DNA from: Chiloscyllium plagiosum
Lineage: Eukaryota
Length of the DNA stretch: 34,946 nt
NCBI RefSeq assembly: GCF_004010195.1
Contig: NW_025213650.1
Location: 1-34,946, forward strand
Reading direction: 5' to 3'
The position numbers and the translations under genes were made by a program. A model generated the notes under the pieces. That model searched no databases, was not told where the DNA came from, and saw only the letters and a list, made by a program, of their open reading frames with translations. Position 1 is the stretch's first letter; each line of letters begins with the position of its first letter. Below are positions 10,301 through 22,187 of this stretch, piece by piece.

Positions 10301-11689
10301 TGTGACTAGAAAAACAATAAAGGTTAGATTTGATGTGAAATATAATGAATTTGATTCAGCAAAGTTTCCAGGTTAAGATAAAAATCAATATTCATAAAGA
10401 TTAAGAGATTGCACACTGCAATATCTTTATATTAGTTATTATATCGAGACATAATTCTACGACCCCCTTACTGGTTTGAACAATTATGAGATATTAGCAA
10501 CAAATAAATGGCTACTAGTAAACTGAAGAATAGCGAGAGATCTCATCTTGCTATTTGACAGAACAAAGTATAGAAATAAACATTAACTTTTATTGTGATC
10601 AGTATTTGGAAATTTGTATCAGATTTAAGAAGAAAACGAATAATTAATATGAGAACTTCAGTGAATTTAAAACTCAGCAAATTAAATTTACAGAGGCAAC
10701 TCTCAGTATTTGCTCTGATGAGCTAATAAATAATTTTAATGGGCATGAGCTGAAAATGTTTGCACCTACAGTTTAACAAAACCAAATTTACGCTTGTTTT
10801 GCAATATTTGGGTTGAAAACCTGTTTGAGAAAGCAAAATTCAGGACCATCAACATCTCTTCATGTTAGAACCTGTGGTCTTTAGGAATAAAGAATATATA
10901 TTGCTTTGAGCAACCAGTGCGGTGTGTAATTACTGCAGTTATTGGATGGAATGATAACCAGGAACTTACTGAGATGCTTGCTTTCAGGAACAATAAGATA
11001 GTTACTTAGATTATTCCACTAAATAGTAACTAGCTGGTCATGAAGACATTTGTATGGCTTTATGTAGTGTTTTATGTGAGCATTGATTTCAATAACATTG
11101 AGATAGTTTACAAAATTTAGGAACAGGTTGACAACTCAGTGTTAAAGGTATGTGAAATCAACAATTTGAAAAAAAAATCTTTGGTAGAATTCTTTCGTCA
11201 AACACAATTAAACCATTATGCAAGAAGTGAGATAAATGTGAGGCATGCAAGTTTTAAATGACCACATGCCAATATTTTCAAAATATGTTAAACTTTCATT
11301 CAATATGAATAGGTGAATGGAAAATAAAGGCAAATTCTCGACGATTGATAAATTGAACAATAATTAGAAATTTAATTTGATCAAAGGACATAAACATAAT
11401 TAAATAATTTGCAATATTTAGTTAGAAATGAAAGGAGTCAGCTGACTAATGATTAATAGGAAGTAACATTTCATTATTTTACAGGAGAAGAAATCAACTT
11501 TTATTACACCTTTATAATAATGGAGAACAACGATTTCTGTGCTTGAAATGTTTGAATTCTTCGCTTTTTCAATTTTATGACTGCAATGTTCTCAAACATC
11601 TTCCACGAATTTTGATCCAGGAGAATTACATACTCCCTTTTCATGGGAACCTGAAGAAAATATCTTCTTTTGAATCAAAGGGAAGAAAT

Positions 11690-11987
11690 GGGTGGCACAA
11701 TGGTTAGCACTGCTGTGTCCCAGCGCCAGGGACCAGGGTTCCATTCTCATCTCGGGTGACTGTCTGCATGGCATTTGCACATTCTCCCCATGTCTGCGTG
11801 GGTTTCCTCCCACAATTCAAAGAATCACAGGCCAGGTGAATCGGCCATGCTAAATTTCCCACAGAGTGATGTACATTAGTCGGGGTAAATATAGGGTAGG
11901 GGTTTGGGTGGGCTACTCTTTGGAGGATCGGTGTGGGTTTGTTGCGCCAAAGGGCATGTTTCCATACTGTAGAGAACCGAATCTAAT
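11690..11987 (+). mobile_element. HE1-like tRNA-derived shark SINE
   Basis: GGTGGCACAATGGTTAGCACTGCTG...CAGCGCCAGGGACCAGGGTTC...TTTGCACATTCTCCCCATGTCTGCGTGGGTTTCCTCC, with LINE-derived tail TGTTTCCATACTGTAG. Confidence 0.9.
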
Positions 11988-13807
11988 GAACAGCAGAGCG
12001 TGAATTAGTCATTCAATGTGACTGTTCACGTGAAGACAACTTTTCTTCATTACAAAAAAGTTAAATTTTCAAACATTAAAATAAGATTGTTTAATGAAAC
12101 AACAAAGAGATTTTTTCTTTTTTGTTGTGTGAAACATCGTGAATTTTAAATTATTTTGTAGCATGAAGAATAGTTAATTCTTATTGTGATTATAAACACA
12201 ATAAATGTTAGTATTGAAGTGAAAATAATTAAATGAATTCAACATTGTTTCCACCATTAAAATAAAACTTGATACTCACAATGATTGAGAGATTATACAC
12301 TGCAATATTTTTATATTTGTTCATATACTGAGTTGTAATTCCACATTGATGCAAGATACTGGATTGTACAATTATTAGAAATTCGCAGCAAGAGGATTAT
12401 CAAAATTCTATCAGTTAGTTTAAGAATAATGAGAAATCTCATATTGCTGTTTGACTGAGCAATGTATAGAAACGAACAGGAATTATTCCAACGAAAGGCA
12501 ATTATAGTTCTCTGAATTTTTTAGTCTGAGATTATTGTGATTTTTCAAATGTGCAAATATCAGACATTTACAAAGAGTGTTTGATTGGAAGTCATTGGTT
12601 CCATTGTGGGGATAGTTGACCTGAAAAAAAATGGATTTTTATATTGTAGCATTCGTTAAACTTAACTTAAAATTAACTTAAAATGTGAATTTCACTATGT
12701 TTGTTAGACTAATTGAAATACTTGTGCAATTATTGCATTGATAATGATTGGACAATTAATGTAATGGAAGCAAATAAATTGATTCAATACCTTAAGAACA
12801 CTTTGCTGCGATGTTGATTGCATAGTCATGAAGGTTGATAAACAAAGGAATACAACATAGGTTTAAAGACTGAACCAAAAAAAAACGAGCCATTCAGTGA
12901 TTATTGGACAAAGTTTTGTTTTTGTTTTAAAACTTGTAACGAATCAGGATCATCAACATCCCAAAAATGTTGGTGATAGCATCCTCAGCCATCTGCAATA
13001 AAAAAAAGGACTATTGGTTTTAACTGCATATATCCTGTGTAATTACTGAATTGAAATATAAGATATCGATTGAATTCATTGGATGGAATGACCAACAAAT
13101 GTTTACTATGGTTCTTGTTCTCAGGAACAAGAAGAAACTTAGGTGATTCTACTCAACATTAATTATATGATCACCAAGACCTTTGTGTGGCTCGATGTGC
13201 CATGTATTGATTTCAATTACATTGGGATATTTTATGTGATATAGGAATGGATTAATGATTGGGTGTTAAAGATCATAATTAAAGTAACTGTTTTAAAAAT
13301 TTACTCGAATTCCTTTGCGAATCACATTTTAAAACAACGTGTGATAAGGGAGATATTTGCAACATCGATATTCAAGTGAACACACTCCAATATTTTCAAT
13401 GCATTTCAATTTCACACTAAATATGAGTAGGCGAGTGGAAATTAAAATGAGCTCTCACTACATAAATTGAAGAGGAAGGAGAAATTTAATTTGATCAAAA
13501 GATGGAGCAATAATGAGATGAATTACAATATTTTGTTGTATAATAAAGGTAATCACCAGACTGAAGGGCAATAGGAATTGGCATCTGTTTCATTTACTGA
13601 AGGAGAAATCAATTTTTTATCTTGCGTAGTAGAGAAAAAGGACTGATGTACGTGAGGTGCTGAAATGCATATTGTTTATGTATTAAATGTTTATTGAAAC
13701 TCTTGCAGGATTGAATTCACGGAATATATATATTTGAATATTCCTGAGCTGATTAGCAATAAAATGCTATTCCTCACCGAATGGATAATAATGGGACTCT
13801 TTTTTAA

Positions 13808-14109
13808 AATTCCCTACAGTGTGGAAACAGGCCCTTTGGCCCAAGTCCTCAGCGACCCTCCGACGAGTAACACACCCAGGACCATTTCCATCTCACTAAT
13901 TCACCTAACACTATAGGCAATTTAGCATGGCCAATTCACCTAACCGACACACCTTTGGAATGTGGGAGGAAGCCAGAATGGCCAGACGAAACCCACACAG
14001 ACACGGGGAGAATGTGCAAACTCCTCAAAGACAGTCTCCCGAGGCTGGAGTCGAACCTGGGACCCTGGTAATGTGAAGCCACAGTGGTAACTACTGAGCC
14101 ACCGTGCCG
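13808..14109 (-). mobile_element. HE1-like SINE
   Basis: CCCTACAGTGTGGAAACAGGCCC...GACACGGGGAGAATGTGCAAACTCC...ACTGAGCCACCGTGCCG. Confidence 0.9.
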
Positions 14110-14402
14110 TAGCAATGTTCGTCAGATATTTTAAATAAAGAAATCATTATTGAGATATTTTAAGTTTTAAAAACTACAATGTTCTCAAATTTAAAATTTA
14201 CAGATACTACAATGAGATACATATTTTTGTTAGTGACCTGAAGATAATAACTTGCAGACTTCTGTGATTATGGGAATGAACAACAGATCGAAGCAAATCC
14301 AATGTTGAATTGAAAAGCAAATCACTCTCCGCTTCGATATTCTCGAACCAACATTCTGAGCTGCTCTGACACATGTCTGTTGAAGGTGGGAATTCAATCC
14401 AC

Positions 14403-14520
14403 GAACAGGAGAATTGACGTTTCGGGCATAAAGAAGAAGGGCTGATGCCTGAAACGTTGATTCTCCTGTTCCTTTGATGCTGCCTAACTTGCTGCGCTTT
14501 TCCAGCAACACATTTTTAAG
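14403..14520 (+). mobile_element. Penelope-like terminus with inverted partial copy (degenerate hammerhead)
   Basis: GAAGAAGGGCTGATGCCTGAAACGTTGATTCTCCTGTTCC...GCTTTTCCAGCAACACATTTT is the same family as 2116-2195, preceded by a 27-nt inverted copy. Confidence 0.8.
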
Positions 14521-14529
14521 CTCTAATCT

Positions 14530-16620
14530 TTGTTAATGCTGCTTCATTGGGAAAATAGCTGCTCCCACCAATTCTCTGACCTGTTCTTCATGCTCTAGGT
14601 GCCCCCCCAGACAGAGTGATGTACCTTCACCGAGCCCAGTCATGAACTATACGTTTTGACTCCCTGACCCCTGGCTAATGTCCGTGCTTCTGTCAGGGCT
14701 CATGATGGTTCTCTATTTCTGGATAATTCCCCACAAAATTCCCACAATAATTAAACAATCCTAAAGTTTGCCTGACCCCTTTACGGTGCGTGGGTGGATA
14801 GTTTTATAATCATAGTTCTTGGTCCTGCTGGGACTGTCTCCTCTCCCTTCCTGATTTGATCTGCCCAATATGATGTCCCAGTTCCGTCTCTCCCTCCCTT
14901 CCCAGTTTCACTCTCTGTGCGTTAAGTTTAAGCCCAGCCTGGCTAACCTGACCAAATAGTCTGTTTAATATCTGGATATGTTCTTTCTCACCAATTGTGG
15001 TGATGAGGTGTTGGTAAGATCAATGTGACTAAATCCATCAAACACACATCAGTGGGATATACTGGAATATTGTGGGATCCCTAAAGTACTCGCATGCTGG
15101 TGGACTGTTCTCCTTGGTCAGTAAACACCACTTTCCTCTGCCATTCAATGTCCACAAGTATGGACCCAGAGTATTTCCAGCTTCTGTCAATCTGTCACTG
15201 ACACAGTTACTGCCTCCTCAGCCCCAGCTTTGATGAGATCCTGTTTGTGTGGGGAGTGAAAGGGCTCTCGATCTCTACAGGGTCGATAGATAATAAACCA
15301 CATTCCTGTTTAGTTACGCACTTCGCTGAGTGGCTCCGAGCTATAATCCACCAGGTTCTCTGACTGTCCCAGTCTCCCTGCAATGTAGCTACTCCAGGGA
15401 GTTTGCCTCTCCTTTTCTCTCTGTCCCAGTCCTGGCCGGAGCATCCCCATGTATAAATTCAGGTTTTGACATCAATAGTTGCCATTTTAGAATAAATAGG
15501 AGCAACTCCCACAATGGTCCCTTCTTGAGTTTCATACCTCCATATCTGAATACATTTTGTCATACTCCCGGTTTACATCGGGACAGGTTTGCTTCATCCA
15601 GCTTCCTAGGTTCCCTCTCCGACAGCTCTCATTTTAGTAATTGAGGGGGTGAGGGGTAAATCCTTATTGGTCACTGACAAAGATGTTCTGGTGTTAGCAT
15701 CATGCAGTGCTGGCCCCTTAACAGCGCGTCAATAAATACTCGTGGGCTATGCATGTGCACACGTGAACACAGGCCACTCACAATGTGAACATCTATCTCC
15801 CTCTCTCTGCCAACGTTCCTTGGCTGTGTGCCCTTTCCTGTTTCCCTTGTAACATTGTCAATCTGGTTCCCCTCCCTGTACTGCAGCTATTTGACTGTGT
15901 TTCTGAGTTTACCTCAGCTCTCATGGTCCAATTCAGAATGTGGTTAGAATTATCTCCCACTGGGAGTCCCATGAATATAATTACTGTTTAAAGGGTCCGA
16001 AGTCATCTTTTAAATACATCAAACCAATTTCACCATCACAGGTTGGGGTTTGGTAATCCCCTGTGGTCCTTACACACCTCAGGCTTCCTCTCTGTATGAT
16101 CCTCGATATTACCCTTGGGTCCCTGAGACATCAAGGTTAGTTTAGCCCATTCAGCCTGTCCCCTCCCCAGTGTGTCCCTGTAATATCTGTAAATGCCTGG
16201 AGCCACTGATCGGCTGTGCACTGGCAGGAACTGGCTCACACCCCCACCCTCTCATTGCAGGGACATGTTCTGCTGTACAATTGAGGGCATTTTGGCCTGA
16301 GGGAGGGAATGTACATCAACGTCAGTGAGACTGTGTACCTCAACTAATTCATCCATATTCTCCCAATAAGGCCCATCATTACAATTTCTCTACAGGCTGG
16401 GTGGTCATTCACCAACTTCTGTCGTTCAGCCGGGTTTGGTTTCTATCAGTTCCATTCGCTGCTCCTATCGTCTGTCCAAGTTTGAGCTTTGATGCCCAGC
16501 GGTGCCAGACACGGCTTTCTGGGCCTTACGGGGCGATGGGTCATCCCATCCCACCCATTGCCCTCACTCTGCCCATACGTGGGTGCTTCACCATCTAAAC
16601 CGTTCCAGTCATTACTAGAA
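14530..16620 (-). mobile_element. Decayed LTR retroelement / endogenous retrovirus gag-pol remnant
   Basis: Minus-strand peptides in correct order: QECGLLSIDPVEIESP (~15308-15261); YSGSILVDIEWQRKVVFTDQGEQST (~15175-15100, RT AFT region); EKEHIQILNRLFGQVSQAGLKLNAQRVKLGREGETELGHHIG (14989-14864, RT C-terminal motifs); KGVRQTLGLFNYCGNFVGNY (~14782-14722, thumb). The upstream part is only presumed gag-like, and the boundaries are approximate. Confidence 0.75.
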
Positions 16621-16625
16621 GTGTC

Positions 16626-17690
16626 CAAATTCCAATAAATAGCCATGCTGGTCAGAATGAATAGCTGTTAGTAATACATTCTGAGTCAGAACTGAGTCAG
16701 ACTGAAACAGGACAAGAAGTTTCCGTCATATTTACATCTACATTTGACTCATAATTACTTCAGTCACTTTCTCTCTCAAGTGAAGAAGCAGCCATGGTGA
16801 GTGAAATAAAGGCGATGTTGTCGCTCAATGGCCTTTATCATATGGCTGAACCTGAATTGGATTAAATCGCAAGAAATGCAGATTTGTTCGTTTCATTTTA
16901 ATTTTGCTGAAACCTCACAATGTACATTGTAATAATCAGAAGTGAATTAGATATATCTCATTGGAACGATTAAAGTTGTATTCAAATTTGCTCTGACTTT
17001 ATTGCAGCTTAACGAAAATACTGCGTCGAAAAACAAAGGGTTAAAGTGCAAAAGAAAACCCACCAATTTTGTTGCTCGTTGCTTTGGCAGATTTTACTGA
17101 GTATTAAATGGACCAAACATCTTGGTGCTTGTCCTCAAATCTTTAACGCATGTGATTAAAGCAGGAAGTCGATCTCCAAGCAACTGGTCACTTCCTATTC
17201 ATTATGTAATATCTTCCCTTCACAATAAATAAAAAATCCACTCAGTTCCATTCACAATGCTATAGGTGGAATATTATGCCAAATCTTCCAAAATGCAGAG
17301 TTTTGGTCCGAAATCTTATTCAGCTGCACACATTAAAGAAATTTCTTTACATTTAAAGTCATCGAACTTAGACATTGTTTCCCTGCAACTTCCGGCCGAC
17401 TACACTCCACCTCTGCACCTTTACCTAGCCACACGCTGTCTCTCTCCTTGTGAAATTTATTTCTTGTATGTCACCAAATGTGCCTTTCCAAATATTTTGA
17501 GAAACAGATTCTCGGAGTGACAGCGATTCTGTTCTCATCATTTCTTTGTCCTTCAAAGGTTTTATCAATGGTATTGAATGCCTGACATCTAGATGTTTAC
17601 TTACTTGAAAGAAGGAATTTTCTACCTTTTACTCCGTCCAAACATTTCATAACCTGAAAGAACCCATTAAGTCTTCCTTGGTTCAGGGAT
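16626..17690 (-). repeat. Inverted copy of the duplication module (reverse complement of 1-388 and ~24428-25330)
   Basis: CCAATAAATAGCCATGCT is the reverse complement of AGCATGGCTATTTATTGG (~365). AAATGTGCCTTTCCAAATATTTT (~17476) matches the reverse complement of ~24608-24630. Confidence 0.9.
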
Positions 17691-17803
17691 AACTGTTCTC
17701 AATTTTCCAAGAAGACAAGTGAACAAAATCTCATCCTCAGTACACCCCCATCAGCATCTTCTCTAATGGCTTTACATCCCAGTAAACACCGTCATTATCA
17801 ATT

Positions 17804-18097
17804 CATAGAATCACAGAATCCTACAGTGCAGAAAGAGCATTTCAGTCAATCGAGCCGGTGTCGACTCTCTGAAGAGCATCTCACCCATACCTAGCTCCCC
17901 TCCCTATTTCCTTATATTTCACCTGAAGAAGGGGAATTCCTCCTCCTTATGATTTCAAATAAACCTGTTGGAGTATAACCTGACGTCCTGTGACTTCTGA
18001 CCTGATCCCCGCGTTACCCATGGCTAAATCACCTAACACACTTAATTCACTCCCTGGACACGAGAGAGCAATTTAACTTTGCCAATCAACCTAACCC
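17804..18097 (-). mobile_element. SINE fragment (HE1-like tail) interrupted by a Penelope-like terminal fragment at ~17920-18003
   Basis: CATAGAATCACAGAATCCTACAGTGCAGAAAGAG tail and GCAATTTAAC...CCAATCAACCTAACC body flank ACCTGAAGAAGG...TTTCAAATAAACCTGTTGGAGTATAACCTGACGTCCTGTGACTTCTGAC. Confidence 0.65.
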
Positions 18098-18354
18098 TCC
18101 CTCTGAACAGCAGTGTGAATTACTGAGAACAAGTCTGTCAAATGCTTTTCATTCCAACACAGTCATAAGATGAAGTTTGCAGAAGTCACGTGTTTGGCCG
18201 TTCACTGACAATCTGCCTCCCTGAGAGCTGCAGTCCTTCCCCACCTTTATTCAGGCAGCACTGTCCTTCCTGTGATACGCCCCATCGAGAATGGAAGGAC
18301 AGGTATCAATACCCGCACTTGGGAATGGAGCGACAGTTTTAAAACGTTTACACT

Positions 18355-18416
18355 GTCCCCAGTGGAAAATTGAGCGCTGTGACAGGCGGGGTCACTAACC
18401 ATTATACTACCGAGGG
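18355..18416 (-). pseudogene. tRNA-Asp(GTC) pseudogene with internal deletion
   Basis: GTGACAGGCGGGGTCACTAACCATTATACTACCGAGG matches the tRNA-Asp reverse complement GTGACAGGCGGGGATACTCACCACTATACTAACGAGG; about 10 nt are lost around the variable loop/T-stem. Confidence 0.8.
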
Positions 18417-18539
18417 CAAGCGTGTCAAAGGAGGCTCTTCAACCAAATGTGGCCACACTTGTCAAAAACAACTGCCTAATGAACTGAATCCCATTTCAGA
18501 ATGCTTACCCCACCGCCTTATATGTCTTGGCATCAAAAG

Positions 18540-18935
18540 TTCACATCTGAATATTTATTCAGGTTATAAGGGTTTCCGCCGCTCTGAAAAATGCAGACAG
18601 TGTATTCCAAATTCCAACTACCCACTGGCTGATAAAGCTTTTGCGCACATTTTCTCAAACCTTTCTGTCTTTCTCCTTAAGTCTCTGGCCCCTACTGATC
18701 GATCCCTGCATCAATGGGAAACTCATTCAGTCAACCCTGTCCATACTGAATCATGTCTTGTATACATCTCCTTTGCACTGCGACAAACACTCCACTCTGT
18801 CCTGTCTTTCTTCACAACTGAAATTCTTCAGCCCAAACAATATCCCGGTAAATATCTCCTGCAATTTTCTCAGTGTGATCACATCCCTGCTATAATGTGA
18901 CTTGCAAAACTGCACACAACGTTCTTGCTAAAGCA
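18540..18935 (-). mobile_element. Old CR1/L2 LINE ORF2 C-terminal remnant
   Basis: ACAGTGTATTCCAAATTCCAACTACCCACTGG and TCTTCAGCCCAAACAATATCCCGGTAAATATCTCCTGCA...AAAACTGCACACA resemble the CR1 minus-strand consensus seen at 34320-34946. Confidence 0.5.
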
Positions 18936-18974
18936 TAATCGGCATTTGTTTTAAAATTTCTGGATTAGTATGAG

Positions 18975-19280
18975 GGCGATTCTGGCTAAGCAGAATTTAT
19001 TGTCCATTCCGAATTGCCCAGAGGGCAGTTGAGACTCAACCAAATGTCTATGTGTCTGAAGTCACATGCAGCCCAGACCAAGTAAGGATAGCAAATTCCG
19101 TCCCGAAATGACATCAGTGGAACAGATTTTTTTTTCAACAATTGTCAATGGATCTATAGTAGTCATTAGATTCTTCCTTGCGGATATTTTTTGAATCCAA
19201 ATTTGACAATCATGACATAGTGGGATTCAAGCCCGAGTACGCAGACTTTTACCTCGGTCTCTGGATTATCAGTCCCATGA
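18975..19280 (-). mobile_element. Deu-domain SINE (SacSINE1-like)
   Basis: AATTGCCCAGAGGGCAGTTGAGACTCAACC...GTCTGAAGTCACATGCAGCCCAGACCAAGTAAGGA; reverse complement of the copies at 20325 and 22830. Confidence 0.7.
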
Positions 19281-19659
19281 AATTATCACAAGACCAACGC
19301 AGAAAGCCATAAAAGCTGATCTTTTCCAATAAAATGTCTTTTCACCAAAACTGCCCTGGGTCTTTTCCATGAGCCTAACGCTCCAATTATCTCTGGCCAA
19401 TGTAAGTAAAAGCTGCTACATGGGGATTGATTTTACAACCGCGGTATCCAAATGGATCGATTTGCTTGAAGGTCGGCGAATAAAACCTGGAATAAAAGCC
19501 TGACTTCAGAAATAGAGATCATGACTTTAATTTCCTGCAGTCTCATTCATTCATGTCCCTTAAGCAGGGGATTCGATCATCTTCACCCAGTCCTGCCTAC
19601 GAGAGACTCCAGGACCAGAAACAAACATGAGCTGACCCTTAGTTCAAGAATCACCACCG

Positions 19660-19905
19660 TGTGGGGAGGGAAGCTTGTCGGCCCTTCCAGTTTCAGGGTA
19701 CATCGGAGGCATATCCCACCAGACCCCAGGGTATTCCCTGTCCCATAAGCCTGCATTTCCCATTGTTGATCCCTGTAACTGGCACATCTTTGGTCAGAGG
19801 GAGAAATAAAAACGCAAACACACAGAGAATGTGCAGACTGCCCACAGACAGACACCCGAGGCTGGGATCGCACCCGGGTTTGTGGTGTAGTCAGACAGCA
19901 ATGAA
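19660..19905 (-). mobile_element. Old HE1-like SINE
   Basis: GAGAATGTGCAGACTGCCCACAGACAGACACCCGAGGCTGGGATCGCACCCGGG. Confidence 0.7.
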
Positions 19906-19949
19906 CGAGGGGCGAAAACAATTTGAAAGGATCGTTTACCCTGGGTAGA

Positions 19950-20132
19950 AAAAAGGACACTGATACCACAGAGAAAGCAGGGTAATGTAGGAACTGCTGG
20001 AAGGGATTCAGTTAACCACAGAAATGGAAACTCATTTCATCAGTAACACTGGGGAGAGACCGTTCATCAGTCCCGTGTGTGGGAAGGGATGACTGAGCAA
20101 AACAACCTCCGGAGACTTCAGTAGGATTACAT
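19950..20132 (+). pseudogene. Decayed C2H2 zinc-finger gene fragment (two fingers)
   Basis: TEK..CRNCWKGFS*P and ACTGGGGAGAGACCGTTC (TGERPF) ...CCCGTGTGTGGGAAGGGA (PVCGKG), with stops and frameshifts. Confidence 0.75.
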
Positions 20133-20324
20133 ATCCCATCAGGTGTTAGATTATGCTGTCAATGCTGCTGTTAATCCCAACCAGCTATTTGATCCATAGT
20201 GTCAATCATAGAGTCATACAGCATGAAAAAAGGCCTGTCAGTCCAACCAATCCATGCTGAACATACTGCCAAACTAATCTCGTCCCATCTGCCTCCTGCT
20301 GTACCCGTTGAGTGGTTATAATGC

Positions 20325-20620
20325 CCTTGTAGTTTTATTGCTGTGTTGTTAATCCAAAAAACCAGGTAATATTTTGGGGACAAAGAGTTCAGGTCCTGGC
20401 ATGACAGATAATGGAGTTTGAATTCAATAAGCACCTGGAATTGAAGAGTCGTGTGATGACCTGAATCAGATGTGTGGAAACTCCCATCTGATTCATTCAT
20501 GCCAGTTCGGGAAGCAAACTGTTATATTCATCTGCTCTGTCCCACAAGAGACTCCAGATGGATAATACCGTGGTTGACTCTTAAATGTCCTCTGGGAAAT
20601 AACTGATGTACGAGGCATGA
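20325..20620 (+). mobile_element. Deu-domain SINE (SacSINE1-like)
   Basis: GGAGTTTGAATTCAATAAGCACCTGGAATT...GACTCCAGA...GTGGTTGACTCTTAAATGTCCTCTGGG. Confidence 0.65.
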
Positions 20621-22187
20621 ATAAATTTATTTTAAAAATTCCACTTTCCCATTCATGTTTGGAATCAATTGTCCATTAAATGTTGCAAACGTACCCTCAT
20701 CCATCACTTCCTCAGCAAGTTAATTGCACACGTAAAACACCTTCCTTAAAAAAANNNNNNNNNNNNNNNNNNNNNNNNNNNNNNNNNNNNNNNNNNNNNN
20801 NNNNNNNNNNNNNNNNNNNNNNNNNNNNNNNNNNNNNNNNNNNNNNNNNNNNNNNNNNNNNNNNNNNNNNNNNNNNNNNNNNNNNNNNNNNNNNNNNNNN
20901 NNNNNNNNNNNNNNNNNNNNNNNNNNNNNNNNNNNNNNNNNNNNNNNNNNNNNNNNNNNNNNNNNNNNNNNNNNNNNNNNNNNNNNNNNNNNNNNNNNNN
21001 NNNNNNNNNNNNNNNNNNNNNNNNNNNNNNNNNNNNNNNNNNNNNNNNNNNNNNNNNNNNNNNNNNNNNNNNNNNNNNNNNNNNNNNNNNNNNNNNNNNN
21101 NNNNNNNNNNNNNNNNNNNNNNNNNNNNNNNNNNNNNNNNNNNNNNNNNNNNNNNNNNNNNNNNNNNNNNNNNNNNNNNNNNNNNNNNNNNNNNNNNNNN
21201 NNNNNNNNNNNNNNNNNNNNNNNNNNNNNNNNNNNNNNNNNNNNNNNNNNNNNNNNNNNNNNNNNNNNNNNNNNNNNNNNNNNNNNNNNNNNNNNNNNNN
21301 NNTGTCTACAATTCTGGCGTCGCCTGCAATCCGACAAAGCATGCCTGCAGTGAGTTCCACTGTTTTCTCATATAGATCAATGATTCATATTCACTTGTCG
21401 TGGCCGTGATTTAGCAGTGTGCAAATCATACAACAGTTAGTCATGCGATTAACCATGGGGAAGAAAGCCGCAGACTGCAGGGAGATATTAAACAATTGGA
21501 AAGAAAAATAGTGAAAGCAATTCATTCCAGGGAAGTTGGTGACAGTGAAGCAAGTTCAAACTTTATACCAGCCGCCCACGCTCCAGTTGTGGCACTCAGC
21601 TGTCTCAGCAAGCTGCACTGTAGATTGTTATAAATGGGGAAAAAATTCCCTTCTGCCCCGCCTTTGACCAGGAGCACCCCCAACCTCGGAATTGCTTGCG
21701 CCTCTAAACCGTCATAGAAATGCCCTGCATTCACCGGTTGTGTCACTGGAGTCCTCGAGTATCTGTGCGACCTCATTCCCATCCCAACTTCCAGTTGGAT
21801 CTTCGCGACTGCGCCACTCAGTTCCTCTGATTCCGGGGCGGGGAATTGGGACTATGTGGCAGCAGTGGTTACTGCCTTGTGGGGGGAATCTGGTGAAGTA
21901 GCCGATGTTAAACTGCATTACTATTGAAGCATACATTTCAACAACACCTGCACTGTCCCCGGAGTTTTTGATGTTTTGGAGAAATCTATTTATCTCAGCC
22001 TTCAACATATTAATGATGGAATCACCACAGCCTCTGCGAGAACCGATATTAAACGGTCAGCCCATTCTGAGTTCCCACAGATCTGCCACTGTTCGCTTAG
22101 CACTGATACTGTGCATTTGGTACGCTGCCTAACATTTCATATAATACTGTACTTATTGCACGCAGTCAGTGTGTGCGTCTGTGGAAT

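Larger units (their letters stand above)
7306..14230 (+). repeat. AT-rich array of about three decayed tandem units (~1.5-2.1 kb spacing); candidate Polinton/Maverick pPolB relics
   Basis: Recurring anchors: GAAATCTCATATTGCT (7380, ~10538, ~12433); TTGGATGGA (~9480, ~10942, ~13079); AATAGGAA (~9919, ~11455, ~13570). Remnant PolB-like peptides occur in order (see findings). The repeat is clear; the Polinton assignment is moderate. Confidence 0.6.

Noticed and set aside
18370..18900. 176-aa ORF, the longest gap-free ORF
   Set aside because: Starts inside the antisense of a tRNA-Asp pseudogene and runs antisense through a LINE remnant; no domain recognisable.
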